Below are positions 51,960 to 64,000 of a DNA stretch of 64,000 nucleotides, piece by piece (within the stretch, counting starts at the first letter, position 1; each line of letters starts with the position of its first letter). The notes under the pieces are model-generated. The model was given only the letters and a program-made list of their open reading frames with translations. It was not told the DNA's origin and did no database searches. The stretch is from Hormiphora californensis (taxonomy: Eukaryota; Animalia; Ctenophora), in NCBI GenBank assembly GCA_020137815.1, contig CM035356.1:5146001-5210000 (forward strand). Direction: 5' to 3'. The position numbers were made by a program, and so were the translations under genes.

Positions 51960-53640
51960 TTTTCTTCTTTTTTCCTCCTTCCCTTTTTCCTTCCTTCCTT
52001 CCTTCTCCTTTCCCTTTCCCTTTTTCCTTCCCTTCCTTCCTTCCTTCTCCTTCCTTCCTTCCTTCCTTCCTTCTTCCTTCCTTCCTTCCTTCCTTCTTCC
52101 TTCCTTCCTTCCCTTCCTTTCCTTCTTTCCTTCCTTCCTTCCTTCCTTCCCTTTCCTTTCCTTCCTTCCTTCCTTCCTTCCTTCCTTTCCTTGTCTTCCT
52201 TCCCCCTTCCTTCCTTCCTTTCCTCCTTTCCTTCCTTCCCTTCCTTCCTTCCTTTCTTTCTTTCCCCTTCCTTCCTGTCCTTCCTCCTTTTCCGGGTCTT
52301 CCTTCCTTCCCCTTCCTTCCTTCCCTCCTTCCTTCCTTTTCCTTTCCTTTTCCTTTTCCTTCCTTGTCCTTCCTTCCTTCCTTTTCCGTTCCCTTCCCTT
52401 TCCTCCTTCCTTTCCCTTTCCCTTCCTTCCTTCCTTTCCTTCCTTCCTTCCTTCCTTCCGTTCCTTTCCTTCCTTCCTTCCTTTCCTCCTTCCCCTTCCT
52501 TTCCTTCCTTTTCCCCTTTCCCTTCCCTTTCCTTCCTCTCCTCTTCCTTCCTTCCTAGTTTCCTTCCTCTCCTTCTTGTTCGCTTCCCCTTTTCCTTTCT
52601 CTTCCTTCCTGTCCCTTCCTCTGCCTTCCCGTTCCTTCTTCCCTTTTCCTTCCTGTCCTTCCTTTCCCCCTTCTCCTTCCTGGCCTTCCTTCCTTCCGTA
52701 CTTTTTTGGTTTTTCCTTCCCCTTCCACCTCGTTTCCTTTCCTTCCTCTTCCTTCCGGTCCTTCCTTCCTTCCTCCTCCTTTCCTTCCCTCTTCCTTCCT
52801 GTCCTTCCTTTTTCCTGTCCTTCCTTTTCCTCTTTCCCCCTTTTCCCTTCCTTCCTTCCTTCCTTTGCCTCGTTCCTTCCTTCCTTTCCTTCGTTCCTGG
52901 CCTTCCTTTCCTTCCTTCCTTCTACCCTTCCTTCCTTCCTTCTTCCTTCCCGTTTCCCTTTCCCTTTCCCGTTTCCCTTCTTCCTTCCTTCCGCGTTCCT
53001 TCCTTCCTGTCCTTCCTTCCCTCCCTCCTTCCTTCCCGTCCGTTCCTCCTTCCTCTTTCCTTCCTTCCTGTCCTTCCTCCTTCCTTCCTCCTTCCTTCCT
53101 TTTCCTTTCCCCTTTCCCTTTCCCCCTTCCTGTCCTTTCCTTCCTTCCTCCTTCCTTCCTCTTCCTTCCTTTTCCTTCCTTCCTTTGGTCCTTTTACCTG
53201 TTTTCTCCTTCCTTCCTTTCCCTTTCCTTTCCCTTTTTCCTATTTCCTTCCTTTCCTTCCTTCTTCGTCCTTTCCTTTTTTCCCTTTTCCTTCCTTCATC
53301 CTTCGGGGTTTCCTTCCTCCTTCCTTTTTCCCTCCTTTTTCCCTTCCTCCCCTTCTCCGCCCCCTCTTAAAACCAATCTTGTCAAATCTTTTTTTTACCC
53401 CGGGAAACCAGGGGGTGCATACATTTGGGTTTTTTTGCAAGCCTAGGTTTTTTTCATCATCCGTCCCCCTTCCCCAAATTTACCATTCTTTCACTTCAAC
53501 TTCATTATTCCTCCTTCTTTACATCCTTCCCATTTTTTATTTGTTTTCCATTCCCTTCTTCTTAAACTTTAATATCCCTCCTCCTCCTTTTTTATATAAA
53601 TCCTCCTAGTTCTTGGGTTTGAACCCCTTGGAATTTCTTT
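51960..53640. repeat. Degenerate (CCTT)n pyrimidine tract, probably noisy consensus
   Basis: Low complexity; generates spurious F/L/P/S ORFs. Confidence 0.9.
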
Positions 53641-54764
53641 TGGGGAAATGGTAGATTCCTTTCTTCATTAAAGAAACTGTCATCGATAAGTAAAATGATA
53701 CTTATCTTTAAATATTAATTTTAAAGCGTTACCGTCTGGTCGTAAACTGTGTTTTCTTCTGTTTTGCTCTTTCTTTTTTTCATGTCATTTAACTATAATA
53801 TGGTGTTTGCATTTGCAATTTTGCAAAATTTTTTTTTCCTTTCCTTTTAGCTTTTCCTTTTTCCTTAATTCCCAACTAACAACGTCATCATGCACACAAA
53901 ACAAAGTAAATCAATGTTTTAAATGTACCTGAACATTTTGACAAAATGTGTTTTTTTCCCACAATTTTGTTAAAGAAAAAGAAACTTTTCTCCAAATGGA
54001 AATTTCAAAATCAATGTTGTTTATCTTTTTAAAACATTCCTCAAAATGATTGTCATTTAAACTTTCTCATCCATTATTACTTCCAATCCCAAAAATGTGT
54101 TGAAAATGAATTTTAACACCGAGAAGAAAATTTTAGGGTAAATACTCCTACTTGGCGGTGAGCCTTCTTCACATTTCGGTCTCTTGGAAGCTGGTTTGAA
54201 TGAAGTCTTTTCGATCTGGACTTTAGGTTTAGATTATGCCACCTCATCTTCAAACGCCGGGGGGCCCCTCTTAATTTTAAAAGCTTTTCACTTTTTGAAT
54301 TTACCAATTGGTGCGGCGTGCATTGGGTTCTGCCGTTCCCTTGCGAAACATCGGGGTTCAGTTAAAAATGACGACCACAAAAGCTGACAACTCTATTAAA
54401 GTTATGTCCCAGCTAAAACACTGAGGAAATCACCTCCTTTGGGGAAGGGAAGTTGAATTTAAAAGCTCTATCCCGAGGGTTTTGCATGAAAAGGGTTAAA
54501 CAAATCCAGGGGTCTGATTAGTTTCTTTCGTCTGAGGTTTTAAATGCTTTTTGGGAAAATTTCATGTTCTCGCCTACTCATTCCCGGGAAGCTGATGCCT
54601 GAAAGCAAATTGTAATAACTTTAACCGCCATTAAATTAAAGGAAATTTCCTGAACACCAGAATTGAAATTCCAAATTTGCGTTATTTTTGTTTCCGTTCC
54701 TGCTCTTGTAAGGGAAAGCCCTGGCGTCGCCTTTAGACTTGAGCTCTTATCCATTTAACCCAAA

Positions 54765-58929
<4,165 letters not shown>

Positions 58930-59940
58930 CAATGATACTATGCGTGTAACCATTGGTAACCATGGTAACCATTGGTAACCATGTGGGTAACCATGGTAAT
59001 CATGTGTGTAACCATGGGTAACCATGTGTGTAACCTACCCTCTTTTATTAGAGACGTGTTTGTCACAAGGGGAGTTGTTGAATGGTGTGTAAATATTATT
59101 GTGTATAAAATGGAGTTGTTGAATGTGAGGTTGTTATTTTCTGTTTGGAGGGCCCGTTTGATTAGCAATCAATCTGGTCTACTACAACAGTGCGATCAGA
59201 TCGATACTTGTGTTTGAGTTGGGATAGTTGAATCAGTTGAATTATTTTCAGTGTGATTTCATTGTGTGAGAGAGAAGAGGGAAGATATAATGCTAGAATC
59301 ACTTGTTGAGTGAACAAAGAATCACCGGTTATCACGGTGTTCCGTTATATTTGTACAGTTTTATTTCACCCCCCTTGTGTGTGTTTAACGCACATCAGAT
59401 AATACTGATTATATACACGCCAAATCTTTGTCGTGTTAGTAGCAGTATGTATTTGATTGGGCAAGACCACATTTTGTTCATCGAATCGTGGTTTGCTCAG
59501 CACGTGATGTTGCTTTGTAGTGCAACATGATAGTGTGACAGCTGTATAGTGAGTGTGAAAGTGTGCTTGCACTACTTCTTGTTCTACTGCACCCGAGTCT
59601 GGTTTGTGTGACAGTTTTGGAGGAATTTTGAAATTGTACATTTCCATGTGATATCATTCCTTCTAAAAAAACCAAAGATTTGGTTGTTTGAATTCTAAAA
59701 TGACGGGGTAAGGTTGTAAAACTTGAATCGGCAAACGTGATCTGGCAATGTCACGTTCTGGCAATGGCATGTCACGCAACAATAATTTCCATATATGAGC
59801 ATAATTTTGCAGATTTGTCAAAATTTGACTCAAGTGCTACATGATGAGGGGAAGCTATCTCTCAAAATGAGAAAATGTAGGGAGCGAGTCACAGTGATAC
59901 TATCACTGATAGTAATATAGAGGCAGAGAGTCACATAGTG

Positions 59941-60554
59941 CACGGTGCGGGGTGCCCCTTAAGGACGTTCCACCTCGACCGAGTCCCCCAGCAAAACGAA
60001 CGGTTGTGTGACCTAAAGGGGACCTCTGGGAACTACGCAGGACCGTGGGGGAAAAGATATGAAAGTAGCCAAAGGAGAAAATAGCATTTAGGGCAAAAAA
60101 AAACCCAAAAACGCCATTTTAACAATGTTGCCGTGGATTTAGAGTTCCAATTCTAGCGGCAATCGATTCGGCGTGTCAAAAAACCCTGGGGTGACTTGAT
60201 TTTGGTCGAAAAAAAATAGATTTGAGATTGGAAAATTTGGAATTTAGTGTGAGAAAAATGACCAAATTCTACATTCCACATTTTCCAATCTATTTTTTTT
60301 TCGACCAAAATCAAGTCACCCCAGGGTTTTTTGACACGCCGAATCGATTGCCGCTGGAATTGGAACTCTAAATCCACGGCAACATTGTTAAAATGGCGTT
60401 TTTTGGGGGATTTTTTGCCCTAAATGCGATTTTCTCCTTTGGCTACTTTTATATCCTTTCCCCCACGGTCCTGCGTAGTTCCCGGAGGTCCCCTTTAGGT
60501 CACACAACCGTTCGTTTTGCTGGGGGACTCGGTCGAGGTGGAACGGGCACCGTG
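59941..60554. mobile_element. 614-bp foldback element, CAC...GTG ends, 4-bp TSD (Chapaev-like non-autonomous)
   Basis: Arms of ~250 bp are nearly perfect inverted copies; agtg at 59937-59940 and 60555-60558. Confidence 0.75.
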
Positions 60555-61245
60555 AGTGATAGAGTCAGAGAGAGAGAGAAAGGGACAGAAGGGGGGAAGA
60601 GAGAAAGATATAGAAATAGAGATAGATAGGTAGAGACTAGAGAGAGATAGCTTTATTAAACACTCAGAAAACAATTATCTCAACAGAAAAAAGTAGAACG
60701 GGGTCACATACATCATATATTACATTTTATCGAAATATCAAAATGAAAAAGATGTGACGTCATCCCATCACGATCGCTCTTTCAATGGGCATCTCGAGTT
60801 AGAATAAAACAGGGTACAACATACGTCATACTCTGACTGTTGCAGTCCGTCGCCGTGAGATATCTCTCTGCGATGTGGATCACATTCACAGCTCACATAT
60901 AATATCTCTCACGTCATACACTGACAGCACTTCCACAATCCACATGGCACATAATATGGAAAATATGAGTTTCTTCTTTTCGCACTTTCTCTGCGTCTCT
61001 GCTAGAGTTATCTTTTGAGAAGCTTACAAAAATTACCCGTCCACCTGAGGCACGGGGTGCGTTGTCAGAGCTTTGGTACAGATCACTGCTAGCCTGTCAG
61101 GCCAATTAAAATTTAATTTAAATGCTAAATTGTGCTGACAGCCACTGGCCAACAAGGGAAGATTAAAAACTGTTAAAACAACTCAAAAAACATTTTCTTT
61201 CAGTCTAGCTGCCTCGATACAATGGGTAGTGGGTACTAAACTATA

Positions 61246-63988
<2,743 letters not shown>

Positions 63989-64000
63989 AACAGAGAGGGC

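Noticed and set aside
51779-53609. Long ORFs of 246-583 aa
   Set aside because: Stop-free only because the tract is almost purely C/T.

Overview
Intron-rich animal genomic DNA, very probably the ctenophore Pleurobrachia. That call rests on recalled features, not a search: a 41-nt motif matching the ctenophore spliced leader, and a 109-bp MITE seen in P. bachei gene models. Host genes: a secreted Cys-rich peptide, polybromo (PBRM1), beta-thymosin, MOSPD2, a tight minus-strand run of BTB-like/RARS1/OPA3/AP3-sigma, YY1 and a class A GPCR. Mobile DNA: one intact L2-like LINE, one interrupted CR1-like LINE, a scrambled third LINE, and many palindromic MITEs with readable target-site duplications (TSDs). 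The standout observation is that all three LINE 5' ends begin with a genomic copy of the spliced leader. It is an identical 41 nt in two unrelated LINEs, and in the intact element it lies inside the TSD, only 4 nt before the ORF1 ATG. This suggests promoter-less retrotransposons whose RNA is defined by SL trans-splicing. Other points: a candidate -1 frameshift site joining ORF1 to ORF2, a probable SL-resolved operon, and repeated tandem duplication of splice junctions. Parts of the assembly are poor (N gap 24016-24115, homopolymer noise near 19270-20340 and 51960-53640, isolated frameshifts).
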